DNA of 64,000 bases from a virus, in the IMG/VR virus record IMGVR_UViG_3300023179_000019. One strand, written 5' to 3'. The notes under the pieces are model-generated. The model made no database searches and was not told the origin of the DNA. It saw only the letters and a list, made by a program, of their open reading frames with translations. Positions within the stretch are counted from its first letter, which is position 1; each line of letters opens with the position of its first letter. A program made the translations under genes and the position numbers. This document shows, piece after piece, positions 1 to 9,406 of this stretch.

Positions 1-1
1 A

Positions 2-133
2 CACAAATTTGATGTTTTGTGGAATGGATTCGAAACAGTAGTTATGGATATTGTTAGAGAAAATTCAATTCTTAAAGAAGAAGTTTCGGCTCTCCGTACA
101 CAATTGGTAGAAATTCAAAAAGGCGAAAAATGA
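2..133 (+). CDS. 3' end of hypothetical protein (partial)
   Basis: Frame open from window edge (HKFDVLWNGF...QKGEK*); stop overlaps next ATG (ATGA). Confidence 0.6.
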   Translation, partial: HKFDVLWNGFETVVMDIVRENSILKEEVSALRTQLVEIQKGEK

Positions 134-348
134 AATATATTGCAAAACCTCGAATGTCCAATAATATTGGAATGAAAGAATTCGACAACCAACTTGATGC
201 GGTACTGTACTTAAACAGCGTATTGAGTGCGAAGGATGTCGATGGGGAGCGCTTTGATTACACCTATGTAGTACCGTCAGCATCTCCTAAGAACCTGCGT
301 AGGACAGTCGAGGAATACGTCTGGATAGGCAAATTAATTGTTGTTTAA
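130..348 (+). CDS. hypothetical phage protein
   Basis: 72-aa ORF, ATGA-coupled to upstream ORF. Confidence 0.6.
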   Translation: MKYIAKPRMSNNIGMKEFDNQLDAVLYLNSVLSAKDVDGERFDYTYVVPSASPKNLRRTVEEYVWIGKLIVV

Positions 349-400
349 TTACAACAAAATGGCAGAAATTGCTTGACTTATTTTGTGGTTGTGATACAGT
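338..400 (+). promoter_or_regulatory. sigma70-type early promoter with upstream inverted repeat
   Basis: TTGTTGT-N6-ACAACAA (338-357); TTGACT (373-378) -16 nt- TACAGT (395-400) preceded by TG; same layout at 2370-2430. Confidence 0.65.
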
Positions 401-433
401 ATTACTTCTTAACTTTTAAAAAGACTTTATACT

Positions 434-565
434 ATGATTAATTTTATGGCCGGATGTGTTCTTGGTTTTTTTGTTGCAACAATAGGTTTTACTGGAATCG
501 CAACATCTTTGGACAAAGGAATCGAAACAATTAAAAACACATCAATTACTGTGGATAAAAAATGA
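434..565 (+). CDS. small membrane protein (43 aa, absent from ORF track)
   Basis: MINFMAGCVLGFFVATIGFTGIATSLDKGIETIKNTSITVDKK; hydrophobic N-terminus; ATGA overlap with next gene. Confidence 0.6.
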   Translation: MINFMAGCVLGFFVATIGFTGIATSLDKGIETIKNTSITVDKK

Positions 566-789
566 AAAAACTTTTACTGATTTCTTTATTGCTTGTAACT
601 GCTTGTAGTAGCAATCCTACAATTAAAGGTTATGAAGGGCCAAAAGCAATGCAACGTAATGATGTAATTGAAGGTGCTAGGTCATGTGTCAATACTCGCA
701 TGAAACCTCAAATCATTTATTTGCCACAAAAAACAGAATTTGGTTCAATTTTAGTTCCTGTCGATGTGCATTGTGAAGTTTATAGATAA
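562..789 (+). CDS. putative lipoprotein
   Basis: MKK + hydrophobic stretch + VTAC lipobox. Confidence 0.7.
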   Translation: MKKLLLISLLLVTACSSNPTIKGYEGPKAMQRNDVIEGARSCVNTRMKPQIIYLPQKTEFGSILVPVDVHCEVYR

Positions 790-800
790 CAGGTAAACTT

Positions 801-1124
801 ATGGAAATGTTTTATCAGTTTGGCTTGACACAAAAAGCATTAGAGGGTATTATTATATTTGGTGGTGCGGCAGCTTTGTTGGCCATCTTTTGGCGTTTGA
901 TTGTGATTGGCGGTGGCATTATTTTGGTTGCCTATATCTTTATGCATCATCAACTTGAACCTGTTGATCCTGTTGTACAAGCACAATCACAAAAACAAGA
1001 ATTCATGCAAGATTGTATGGGTATTGCTATGAACGATAAAGATCATTGCGAACTCATTTGGAATGAAAGAATGATCGAAGAAAGGAAACTAAATGGCTCT
1101 GTGGAAAATCGAACCTCAATTTAA
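801..1124 (+). CDS. hypothetical membrane protein
   Basis: Long N-terminal hydrophobic segment. Confidence 0.65.
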   Translation: MEMFYQFGLTQKALEGIIIFGGAAALLAIFWRLIVIGGGIILVAYIFMHHQLEPVDPVVQAQSQKQEFMQDCMGIAMNDKDHCELIWNERMIEERKLNGSVENRTSI

Positions 1125-1485
1125 AAAATCTATTATTGACCGTAACTATTGGTCAAACGACCTTGGCCAAAACATTGTACACGAAACAGGTTGGCGCTGG
1201 GGTGAATTCTTCATTGTAACTGAAGATGATAATCCTCCAGATTTACCGGCAGATGGTAACTTTGATATTCTGGATTGTGGATATGAACTTCAAGACTTTT
1301 CAACTGATGATGGATGTTGGGAAGATTATGAATATGATGGATTTATCGAAGAAGAACAGCAAATCATGGAATCTTGGATTGAAGAAAATTCAATTTTTGA
1401 TTTAGAGAATGAAGAAGGCGGATGGACTTGTAATGAATCCGAAATGTTTATTAATTGTCCAATTACAATCGAAAAAGTAGAATGA
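1093..1485 (+). CDS. acidic hypothetical protein
   Basis: 130-aa ORF with AAGGA SD. Confidence 0.7.
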   Translation: MALWKIEPQFKKSIIDRNYWSNDLGQNIVHETGWRWGEFFIVTEDDNPPDLPADGNFDILDCGYELQDFSTDDGCWEDYEYDGFIEEEQQIMESWIEENSIFDLENEEGGWTCNESEMFINCPITIEKVE

Positions 1486-1718
1486 TCGATGATGAAAAGC
1501 TGCTGAGCTTTGTTACAGAAATCGATGAATTTATTATGCACGCTTGCGTTAAAGAGAATTTACCTCCACTAAACGTAACGGCAATTATATTGGCTCGATT
1601 AATTTCTTTGAACAAAAGATTTGGCCATGCTGAAGAAATGGTTAAATTGCTAGAAGAAGTTTGTAGTAAAATTGAAAGCCGTGAAATTGACATGGATGAA
1701 TATAAGGTGATACATTAA
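1482..1718 (+). CDS. hypothetical protein
   Basis: Likely start ATG 1482 (ATGA overlap); TAATG overlap with next gene. Confidence 0.6.
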   Translation: MIDDEKLLSFVTEIDEFIMHACVKENLPPLNVTAIILARLISLNKRFGHAEEMVKLLEEVCSKIESREIDMDEYKVIH

Positions 1719-2362
1719 TGAGTGTAAAATTCCCAACAACCATCATTAACAACTTTTTGGATGATCCAATGGGTGTGAGGAAATTCGCTCTAACTTTACC
1801 TTATAAAGAAGGACCAAATTATCCTGGAGTCAGGAGTGATTTGTTAAAGAACATTTCACCAAGTTTTGATCACGAAGTTGTAAATAGATTTTTGAAAGTC
1901 TTTTACAATTTAAAAGGCAAGAAACATTCTTGGAATTGTGATGTTGTTTTTCAAAGAATAAACAAAGGTAATGCCACAAGAGGTTGGATTCACCGTGATC
2001 CTGGAACTGTAACGTGTGTTCTATATTTAAATCCGGAAGAAAACAAAGAATCTGGTACAATCATATATGAACCAAAAAATCCAGTTTTACTTGATCCGTT
2101 CAAAAATAGAAACACAAAACACCTGAGTGTTGAAGAACGGGAACCTTTTAGAAAAGAACATCAAGAACAATTTGAAGAAACTGTTATTTTAAAAAATAAA
2201 TTTAACAGACTTATTGCTTTTGATGGACAAATGTATCATTCAGCAAACGATTTGATTAGATCGGATTCCGAAGGCGATAAATTGACGATGGTTATGTTTC
2301 TTTATGATTTTATGATTGAGGGTGAAAATGTGCCCCTTGTCAGAATGAAAAATTTTGGTTAA
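1718..2362 (+). CDS. 2OG-Fe(II) oxygenase-like protein
   Basis: GWIHRD (HxD), LYLN, NRLIAFDG..YHSA (distal His). Confidence 0.75.
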   Translation: MSVKFPTTIINNFLDDPMGVRKFALTLPYKEGPNYPGVRSDLLKNISPSFDHEVVNRFLKVFYNLKGKKHSWNCDVVFQRINKGNATRGWIHRDPGTVTCVLYLNPEENKESGTIIYEPKNPVLLDPFKNRNTKHLSVEEREPFRKEHQEQFEETVILKNKFNRLIAFDGQMYHSANDLIRSDSEGDKLTMVMFLYDFMIEGENVPLVRMKNFG

Positions 2363-2369
2363 ATTTAAC

Positions 2370-2430
2370 TGTTGTTAATTTACAACACTTCAAATTATTT
2401 GCTTGACATTATTGTTGGATGTGATATAAT
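2370..2430 (+). promoter_or_regulatory. sigma70-type promoter with upstream inverted repeat
   Basis: TGTTGT-N6-ACAACA (2370-2387); TTGACA (2403-2408) -16 nt- TATAAT (2425-2430) preceded by TG. Confidence 0.75.
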
Positions 2431-2456
2431 ATTGTTTTAAGTTGGTAAGGATAAAA

Positions 2457-3386
2457 ATGAAAATAGCTCTTGCATCCGACATTCATTTAGAATTCGGAGA
2501 TATTAATTTACAAAACACCGAAAACGCTGATGTATTGATTCTTGGCGGAGACATCTGTGTAGCTAAAGACATTGGTCGACCAGATCCTCATAGTCTTATG
2601 GAAGACAGCCGTAGTAACCGAATTGTTGACTTCTTCAAGCGTTGTTCATTTCAGTTTCCCCATGTCGTTTATATCATGGGTAACCATGAGCACTATCACG
2701 GCGACTTTGCTACAAGTGCAAACATAATCAAATCAATGTTGGAATCTAATATGTTAAGCAATGTGTATTTGCTTGATAAAGAGATTAAAAAAATCGATGA
2801 TGTGACATTTATTGGCGGCACTCTTTGGACTGACATGAATGGTGAAGATACCAGTACTATTCGTCATATCGCTGGTATGATGAATGATTTTCGTTGCGTC
2901 AAGAACAGTAATCGTATGGTTTCTCGCAGAGTTCCTATCTACAAGAAAGATGCAGATGGTAACTACATGATGCAAAAGATTGGTGAAATAAATTCTATGA
3001 TTGAAGATGGTTTCGAATTCAAAACCCGTGTTGCAACATTTTCACCAGAAGATGCCGTTGAAGATCACAAAAAAATGCTTGGTTACATTCAAAACATAAT
3101 TGAAGGTAAACATGATGAAAAATTTGTTGTTGTGAGTCATCATGCTCCTAGTAGAGCGTCATCACATCCACGTTACAAAAATGAAACTTTGATGAATGGT
3201 GGTTATAGTTCTTCATTGGATGATTACATCATAGACCATCCGCAAATTAAATTGTGGACTCATGGTCACACACATGAAGATTTTGATTATATGATTGGTT
3301 CAACTAGAGTTGTTTGCAATCCTAGAGGTTACATTCATTACGAAGAACGTGCTGACAGATTTGAATTGAAATATATGGAAGTATGA
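2457..3386 (+). CDS. calcineurin-like metallophosphoesterase
   Basis: SDIHLE, GGDI, GNHEHY, SHHAP, HGHTH motifs; ATG 2457 follows AAGGA. Confidence 0.9.
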   Translation: MKIALASDIHLEFGDINLQNTENADVLILGGDICVAKDIGRPDPHSLMEDSRSNRIVDFFKRCSFQFPHVVYIMGNHEHYHGDFATSANIIKSMLESNMLSNVYLLDKEIKKIDDVTFIGGTLWTDMNGEDTSTIRHIAGMMNDFRCVKNSNRMVSRRVPIYKKDADGNYMMQKIGEINSMIEDGFEFKTRVATFSPEDAVEDHKKMLGYIQNIIEGKHDEKFVVVSHHAPSRASSHPRYKNETLMNGGYSSSLDDYIIDHPQIKLWTHGHTHEDFDYMIGSTRVVCNPRGYIHYEERADRFELKYMEV

Positions 3387-3583
3387 TGATTGCTTTGAAT
3401 CGTAAACAAATGGAAAAGTTGGTCAAAATCGCCGAACACTTCAAAGAGGTCGAATGGTTTACTATCGAAGAAGTCGAAAAAAACGGAATCGGACCTGAAG
3501 TACAGGTTCGGTTCAATCTTTTTGGTGATATTGATAAAGATGATGACGTGAAGGTAGATATTACCGATCTATCGACCTGGTGA
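3383..3583 (+). CDS. hypothetical protein
   Basis: 66-aa ORF coupled within operon. Confidence 0.65.
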   Translation: MMIALNRKQMEKLVKIAEHFKEVEWFTIEEVEKNGIGPEVQVRFNLFGDIDKDDDVKVDITDLSTW

Positions 3584-3587
3584 TAAT

Positions 3588-4190
3588 ATGAATACAAATC
3601 AAAAATTTCTGTCGTTAGACCTTGAGCTAAACAATGCTCAAGACAATTCAACACCAAACCCAAAAATTATTCAGGTGGGTGTTGCTGTTGGAAATTATGA
3701 AATGTATTGTAATGATGAAATTATCACAGAGAAATGGTATTTGGATCCACACGAACCAATCTATCCTTTCATTACAGAATTAACCGGCATCACCGATGAA
3801 GATATACAAACCAAATCGGTGACGCATGGTGTGCTTGCTGAAGAACTTGGTAAATTTATTAAACATCACAATGTGTTTGTAAATCCGGTAACGTGGGGTG
3901 GCGGAGATAGCACAGAATTAAAACAGGAATTTGTTGATAGGAATATTCCTTTTCAATTTTTTGGTCGCCGTTGGATTGATGTTAAAACTTGGCACATATT
4001 ACACCTTTTAACGAATGGTAAAAAACCTTCTGGTGGCTTGCGTTCTTCTTTGAATATACATAGAATGAAATTCTTAGGAACTCCGCATCGTGCTGATGAT
4101 GATGCATTTAACACGTTAAGATTATTTTTTAAGTTGTTAGAAAACCAAAGAAAATTGTATAACATAAAAGAAATCACGGATTCATTATGA
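3588..4190 (+). CDS. DEDDh 3'-5' exonuclease (DnaQ-like)
   Basis: LDLE, LTGIT, WGGGD, HRADDDA motifs. Confidence 0.9.
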   Translation: MNTNQKFLSLDLELNNAQDNSTPNPKIIQVGVAVGNYEMYCNDEIITEKWYLDPHEPIYPFITELTGITDEDIQTKSVTHGVLAEELGKFIKHHNVFVNPVTWGGGDSTELKQEFVDRNIPFQFFGRRWIDVKTWHILHLLTNGKKPSGGLRSSLNIHRMKFLGTPHRADDDAFNTLRLFFKLLENQRKLYNIKEITDSL

Positions 4191-5035
4191 AAAAAATCTT
4201 AGTAACTGGTTCTAGTGGATATATTGGTCAACATCTTTGTAAATTATTGAAACAAAGAGGCACATATAAAGTATATGGACTGGACACCATAGTTAATAAA
4301 AAAAACGTTGACTCATTTTTGCACCATTCTATTTCAGAAATAGATTACTATGGTCACGAAGGAATTTATGAAATCGATACACATTTCGACACCGTTATTC
4401 ACTTAGCAGCACTAGTAAGAGTAAATGAAAGCGTGAAGTTTCCTGCAAACTATTATAAGACCAATTTGTTTGGTACTATAAATGTGTTGGAACAAATTTA
4501 TTTTGATAATTTCATATTTGCTTCTACTGGTGCTGCATCCAATCCTTCAAGCCCTTACGGTTTGTCTAAACTTTGCGCTGAAGATGTGGTTAAGAGTTAT
4601 TGTAAGAAGATGGATAAACCCTTTACAATCTTCAGGTTCTATAACGTAATAGGTTCAGATGGAATTGCTCCAACCAATCCTGACGGGTTGTTTTATAACC
4701 TGATTAACGCAGAGAAAACGGGTGAATTTAATCTGTTTGGTGACGATTATAACACACCTGATGGTTCGCCTATTCGTGATTATGTGCATGTCATGGAAAT
4801 TTGTAATGCACTCGAAACTGCAATTAAAATGCCTGCACATGGATTGGAAAATTTAGGTCATGGTCATGGATTTTCTGTAAAAGAAATTGTTGATATTTAC
4901 AAAAAAGTAAATGATTGTGATTTTAAAGTTAATATGTTACCTCGGCGTGAAGGTGACTTGGAAAAAACTGTACTAGATAAGCCTTCTAGTTATTTGAAGT
5001 CTATGTATACTATTGAGGAGTTATTGAAAAAATGA
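4187..5035 (+). CDS. NAD-dependent epimerase (GalE-like)
   Basis: TGSSGYIG, HLAA, YGLSK, FRFYNV, RDYVHV. Confidence 0.88.
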   Translation: MKKILVTGSSGYIGQHLCKLLKQRGTYKVYGLDTIVNKKNVDSFLHHSISEIDYYGHEGIYEIDTHFDTVIHLAALVRVNESVKFPANYYKTNLFGTINVLEQIYFDNFIFASTGAASNPSSPYGLSKLCAEDVVKSYCKKMDKPFTIFRFYNVIGSDGIAPTNPDGLFYNLINAEKTGEFNLFGDDYNTPDGSPIRDYVHVMEICNALETAIKMPAHGLENLGHGHGFSVKEIVDIYKKVNDCDFKVNMLPRREGDLEKTVLDKPSSYLKSMYTIEELLKK

Positions 5036-5220
5036 AAGAAGGATATTCTGACATAGAACTCGATCTCGAAAAAGAGTTGTTGTTTGATTTGATGTTTTTG
5101 GCTCATGAACGTGACATAACATTGAATCAATTAGTTGAAAATATTTTGCGTGAATATATTGAAAAAAATAAAGCTATTTCAACATGGGAAAATTGGAAAA
5201 TGAATAAGGATATTGTATGA
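5032..5220 (+). CDS. ribbon-helix-helix/HicB-like small protein
   Basis: AHERDITLNQLVENIL pattern. Confidence 0.55.
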   Translation: MKEGYSDIELDLEKELLFDLMFLAHERDITLNQLVENILREYIEKNKAISTWENWKMNKDIV

Positions 5221-6176
5221 AGAAAACTTTTTTGAGAAGTGCTTTATGTGCTGCAATGCTTTTTGTTTCATCAGTTGTTTCAGCTCAAATTTGTTCACAA
5301 AAACAAGTTAAAGTTTTGGTACCATTAAGTCCAGGTAGTGGTACAGATGTAATTGCTAGAACAATTTTTGAACAAGTATCTCAACAAATTGGACAAAATG
5401 TAGTTGTTGAAAATAAGATGGGTGGAACTGGAACTATTGCTGCAGCAATCGTAGCAAAATCGCAACCGGATGGATGTACATTATTGGTTAATACTGTGTC
5501 TCATACAGTTGTTGCCACATCTAAAAATCTAAGTTATAGTGTAACAAATGATTTTACAAATATTTCTGGGTTGATTGAACAACCATTCGTGATTGCTACA
5601 AGTGTTCGTTTTAAAAGTGTCGCTGATATCGTAAAATACGGACTTGAAAATCCAGGTAAACTTAACTATGGTACACCAGGAGTTGGAAGTTCTGGACATT
5701 TGTTTATGGAAAAATTTGCTCATGCTGCAAAAATTAAAATGGTTGATATTCCTTTTCGTGGCACACCTGAAGCAATGACAGAAATTATGTCAACAAGATT
5801 AGATATGTTTCCTGCACCGGTGAGTAGTATGATTGCTTTGTCGAAAGACAACCGTGTTAATTCTGTGGCAGTTAGTACAGCAAAACGATCATTTGCTTTA
5901 CCTGATGTTCCTACTGTAGCTGAAGCAGGTTTTCCATCCGCAGATTATTCATTTTGGATTGGTTTGTTTGCTCCTGCTGGTATGAATTCTGAATTGGTTG
6001 CAAAAATTCATTCTGAGGTACAACGTGCTATGGCTTCACCCGAAGTAAAAGCTAAACTCATTACACTTGGTGCTGATCAGATGAAAAAAACACCAACAGA
6101 ATTTGATGCTTTTGTAAAAAGAGAAATTAAAAATAATGCTGAGATTATCAATCGTTCAAACATAACATTGGAATAA
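5217..6176 (+). CDS. Bug/TctC periplasmic substrate-binding protein
   Basis: Signal peptide; PGSGTDVIAR, VVENKMGGTG, YGTPGVGS, IPFRG, LPDVPTVAEAG, WIGLFAPAG. Confidence 0.92.
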   Translation: MKKTFLRSALCAAMLFVSSVVSAQICSQKQVKVLVPLSPGSGTDVIARTIFEQVSQQIGQNVVVENKMGGTGTIAAAIVAKSQPDGCTLLVNTVSHTVVATSKNLSYSVTNDFTNISGLIEQPFVIATSVRFKSVADIVKYGLENPGKLNYGTPGVGSSGHLFMEKFAHAAKIKMVDIPFRGTPEAMTEIMSTRLDMFPAPVSSMIALSKDNRVNSVAVSTAKRSFALPDVPTVAEAGFPSADYSFWIGLFAPAGMNSELVAKIHSEVQRAMASPEVKAKLITLGADQMKKTPTEFDAFVKREIKNNAEIINRSNITLE

Positions 6177-6191
6177 TTTTAAGGAATAAAA

Positions 6192-6824
6192 ATGAAAGTC
6201 TATTTTAACGGTTACCAAAACACTTGGGTTTCGCCTTATACCATTCTAGAAAAAGTATTGTTCTGGAAGGATTGGGAAAATATTGACTATGACACACCTT
6301 GGGTTGAAAAATGGTCGAATCGTTTACAACCTTTCTGTAAGGCCTTGCAAAAAGTACTTCAAGTTTTTAGGCCGCATATTCGTTATGTGAAGATTGATGC
6401 TTATGATACTTGGTCAATGGATCATACATTAGCATATATCATTCTTCCCATGTTGAAGCAACTTCATGCAACTAAGCATGGTGCTCCATTAGTTGATGAT
6501 GAAGATGTGCCTGATGAATTAAAATCGACCAATGCACCACCAAAAGAAAATGAATATGATACTGATGGCAACCATTTCAAGCGTTGGGATTGGGTTATAG
6601 AAGAAATGATTTGGTCTTTTGAACAACAACTTAAAGACGATGATGAATCTCAATTTTTTGATCGTTCAGCATACGATAGTGCAGATACCAAAGAATGGTT
6701 TAAAGATATGTCTAATGGTGTAAGTAAAATCAAAATTGACCGTGAAGGATTGGAAGCACATCAAAAGAGAAAACAAAATGGTTTCAATCTTTTTGGTAAA
6801 TATTATCAGGCACTTTGGGACTAA
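6192..6824 (+). CDS. hypothetical phage protein (Trp-rich)
   Basis: 210-aa ORF with AAGGA SD. Confidence 0.75.
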   Translation: MKVYFNGYQNTWVSPYTILEKVLFWKDWENIDYDTPWVEKWSNRLQPFCKALQKVLQVFRPHIRYVKIDAYDTWSMDHTLAYIILPMLKQLHATKHGAPLVDDEDVPDELKSTNAPPKENEYDTDGNHFKRWDWVIEEMIWSFEQQLKDDDESQFFDRSAYDSADTKEWFKDMSNGVSKIKIDREGLEAHQKRKQNGFNLFGKYYQALWD

Positions 6825-7069
6825 TTTTGAGATCATATTATTATCTCCGTGAAGCCAAGTTGCGTTTGGAGAACGCCAAGCAAGCCATTGACATGATGGG
6901 TGGTGAGGATGAATGCCAACCAATGCTGCTTGGCCAAAGAGACATGTTAGAACTAGAGGTTGATTATTACCGAAAAGAATCTCGGAAGGTTACCATATTT
7001 CTATTGACTTTTGTTTTATTTTCGTGTACAATTGGATGTCTTTACTTGAAAGGGTTGATTGATGTTTGA
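6815..7069 (+). CDS. hypothetical protein with C-terminal TM helix
   Basis: ORF track; hydrophobic C-terminus; start uncertain. Confidence 0.55.
   Translation: MGLILRSYYYLREAKLRLENAKQAIDMMGGEDECQPMLLGQRDMLELEVDYYRKESRKVTIFLLTFVLFSCTIGCLYLKGLIDV
7004..7032 (+). promoter_or_regulatory. intragenic sigma70-type promoter
   Basis: TTGACT-17-TACAAT. Confidence 0.5.
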
Positions 7070-7331
7070 TAAAATCTGTGCATGGATTAATAATCATGCC
7101 ATTGGTTTGTTTGTAATTGTTTTGGTGGGTACCTGTTTCGCAACTATTATTTCTTTAGTTGAAATAGTACGCAAACCTCCTCAACTTGTTGCTTTTAGCG
7201 AAAGCAGCATACAAAATAAATTAGTTTGGTCGGTAAAAAATGAATGTTACTTTGTTCGACCATATAGTGCTGATGTTGTATATTTGATTCGTGTGCAAGA
7301 TTGTGATAAAAGTGAGAAAATTACCAAATGA
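7059..7331 (+). CDS. hypothetical membrane protein
   Basis: N-terminal TM helix. Confidence 0.6.
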   Translation: MMFDKICAWINNHAIGLFVIVLVGTCFATIISLVEIVRKPPQLVAFSESSIQNKLVWSVKNECYFVRPYSADVVYLIRVQDCDKSEKITK

Positions 7332-7504
7332 AACCAGGCAAAGATTTTAGACTAAGAAAAACAACCAAACGTATGTTGGCTTTGATGAAAGTATCGGAAG
7401 AAAAACGCAATTTGTGGAAATCTCTGATGATATCCGGTGAATTGGCTGAAAAATTGGCCAAAAATTCAAAAATAAATGTTAAATCTAACCAAGGAGATGA
7501 GTGA
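7328..7504 (+). CDS. small basic protein (58 aa, absent from ORF track)
   Basis: MKPGKDFRLRKTTKRMLALMK...; fills the gap and overlaps both neighbours. Confidence 0.65.
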   Translation: MKPGKDFRLRKTTKRMLALMKVSEEKRNLWKSLMISGELAEKLAKNSKINVKSNQGDE

Positions 7505-7782
7505 TGAGTTTATTTGTAGAAGTTGAAAGTGTTGATAAGAATTGTAAAGTCATCATCAATTTAGATGAAGTGGTTGAAATTGCTCCTCTTATTGAAGGCG
7601 GTTGTGCTTTGTTCTTTACCGATAATGCAGGTACCAATTCAAAAAGTACTATCAAAGTAAAAGACAGTTATGATCAATTCAAACAATTCGTAATGCAAAC
7701 TGTAACAGCTGAAGATATCAGCAAAAAAGTTAAATCAATTAAATCACAAACAAGTCAGCCAATTGAAATTCCTAAACTATGA
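7504..7782 (+). CDS. hypothetical protein
   Basis: AGGAGA SD; TGATG coupling. Confidence 0.7.
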   Translation: MSLFVEVESVDKNCKVIINLDEVVEIAPLIEGGCALFFTDNAGTNSKSTIKVKDSYDQFKQFVMQTVTAEDISKKVKSIKSQTSQPIEIPKL

Positions 7783-7961
7783 CAAAATTTACATTCATTT
7801 GCGAAGATGATCCTTTTCCCTTTTGTGAAAAAGTTATATCTAAAAAGACAGTTGAATTTTCAGCTGATTCTTTACGCAATGTAATTGAAGAATTCGAATT
7901 GTTTTTAAAAGCTGCCGGTTTTCACTTTGACGGAAATCTGGATTTTGTAAATGATGAATGA
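7779..7961 (+). CDS. hypothetical protein
   Basis: 60-aa coupled ORF (FELFLKAAGF). Confidence 0.65.
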   Translation: MTKFTFICEDDPFPFCEKVISKKTVEFSADSLRNVIEEFELFLKAAGFHFDGNLDFVNDE

Positions 7962-8238
7962 TGTATTTCATTCCTCGCTTCAATGGATTCGTGATGACTT
8001 CAATTCAAATTCTTTTCGTTTTATTCTCGAGCTCATTGCTTGGGGTATCAGTATTGGTTGCAGCATTACGATGGCCGTCACTGTGCCCAATCCCCCTCTC
8101 CTTACTCTTTATCCTATCTGGATTATTGGTTGTGCAATTTATGGTTGGGCTGCTTATACTCGGAAATCTTTTGGCATGTTGGCTAACTACCTGATTCTTG
8201 TAACAATTGATACTGTCGGTTTAATTAGGATGTTATGA
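7951..8238 (+). CDS. small 3-TM membrane protein
   Basis: Three hydrophobic segments. Confidence 0.7.
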   Translation: MMNDVFHSSLQWIRDDFNSNSFRFILELIAWGISIGCSITMAVTVPNPPLLTLYPIWIIGCAIYGWAAYTRKSFGMLANYLILVTIDTVGLIRML

Positions 8239-8843
8239 ACATTTTTTATTTGTCACATGATGTTGAAGAATGTGCTCGTATGCACATAGACAAACATTGT
8301 GTAAAAATGATACTTGAATATGCACAATTACTCTCAACTGCTCATCGTGTTCTTGATGGCACTCTTATCAACCGCCTCAGTGCTTCTGGTCGTAAACAAA
8401 AAGCATATGTACTTGCCGATAATCGTGAGTCCACTCTTTACTCTGCTACTCATATCAATCACCCATCGGCAGTTTGGGTAAGGCAATCCCGTGATAATTA
8501 TGTGTGGTTATGGAAATTGTTGGAATCATTATGTAAAGAATATACATACCGTTATGGTAAAGTACATAAAGTTGAACGGGATGGATTACTTGAAGAATTA
8601 AGATTCATTCCTTCAGGAATCAAAGAACATCCTAAATTTACAGAACCAACACCAGCAATGCCTGATGAGTGCAAGGTTGAGAATGATTCTATTTCTTCTT
8701 ATCGTAACTACTACTTCTTAAAGAAGAAACACATCATATCTTGGAAAGGTAAGATAAATAGTAGGATGCAACCTAAATGGTATAGTGAAATGGCCTTAGA
8801 TGCCTTACATGAAGAAAATACAAAACTTGGACTGGAGTATTAA
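8235..8843 (+). CDS. pyrimidine-dimer DNA glycosylase-like (DenV/Pyr_excise family)
   Basis: MNIFYL..DKHCVKMILEYAQLLSTAH, HINHPSAVW, EYTYRYGKVH, YRNYY. Confidence 0.75.
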   Translation: MNIFYLSHDVEECARMHIDKHCVKMILEYAQLLSTAHRVLDGTLINRLSASGRKQKAYVLADNRESTLYSATHINHPSAVWVRQSRDNYVWLWKLLESLCKEYTYRYGKVHKVERDGLLEELRFIPSGIKEHPKFTEPTPAMPDECKVENDSISSYRNYYFLKKKHIISWKGKINSRMQPKWYSEMALDALHEENTKLGLEY

Positions 8844-9124
8844 TGCCAACATATGATTTCTTGAATAGTGAAACAAACGAAGTTGAAGAACATCGTATGT
8901 CATATACAGAATATGACGATTTCATAAAAAATAATACACATCTAACAAGGTATTTCTCAGCAGAAAATCTACCTATTCTTGGTGATGGTATGCGAATGAA
9001 TACTCCTGGTGTAGGAAAACCAGATTCCACGTTTGAAAAATACGTCATTAATCGTATGAAGGAAACTATTCCCGGAAATACAATTAAAGGCGGCCACAAA
9101 ACGAAAGCACCGAGAGAATGGTAA
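8843..9124 (+). CDS. FmdB-like protein lacking Zn-binding cysteines
   Basis: MPTYDF start typical of the family; late-promoter-like ATAAATA at about 8754. Confidence 0.55.
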   Translation: MPTYDFLNSETNEVEEHRMSYTEYDDFIKNNTHLTRYFSAENLPILGDGMRMNTPGVGKPDSTFEKYVINRMKETIPGNTIKGGHKTKAPREW

Positions 9125-9238
9125 TAAGTCAAATTCCAGCACTATTCAGACCTTTCAAAGGAGAACAATTTGAGAATAAAGTTCCCCCCGTAGAAAAAAT
9201 CCCCCACCTGTTGAACGATAACAAAAAGAGGGAGTCCT

Positions 9239-9406
9239 ATGAGCAAAAAAAGAATGATGTCAAAAGCACAGCGGCTTTATTACGAATCTCAGAAGAAGGA
9301 AAAAATAAGGCAAGCACTAGATGAGTGGGCCAAACAGGAAAAAGAATCCAATAGGATAGAAAAATATAAATCATATAACCCACACGAATTATCATACTTT
9401 ACATAA
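9239..9406 (+). CDS. small basic protein (55 aa, absent from ORF track)
   Basis: GAGGGAG SD; MSKKRMMSKAQRLYY...; TAATG overlap with exonuclease. Confidence 0.6.
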   Translation: MSKKRMMSKAQRLYYESQKKEKIRQALDEWAKQEKESNRIEKYKSYNPHELSYFT

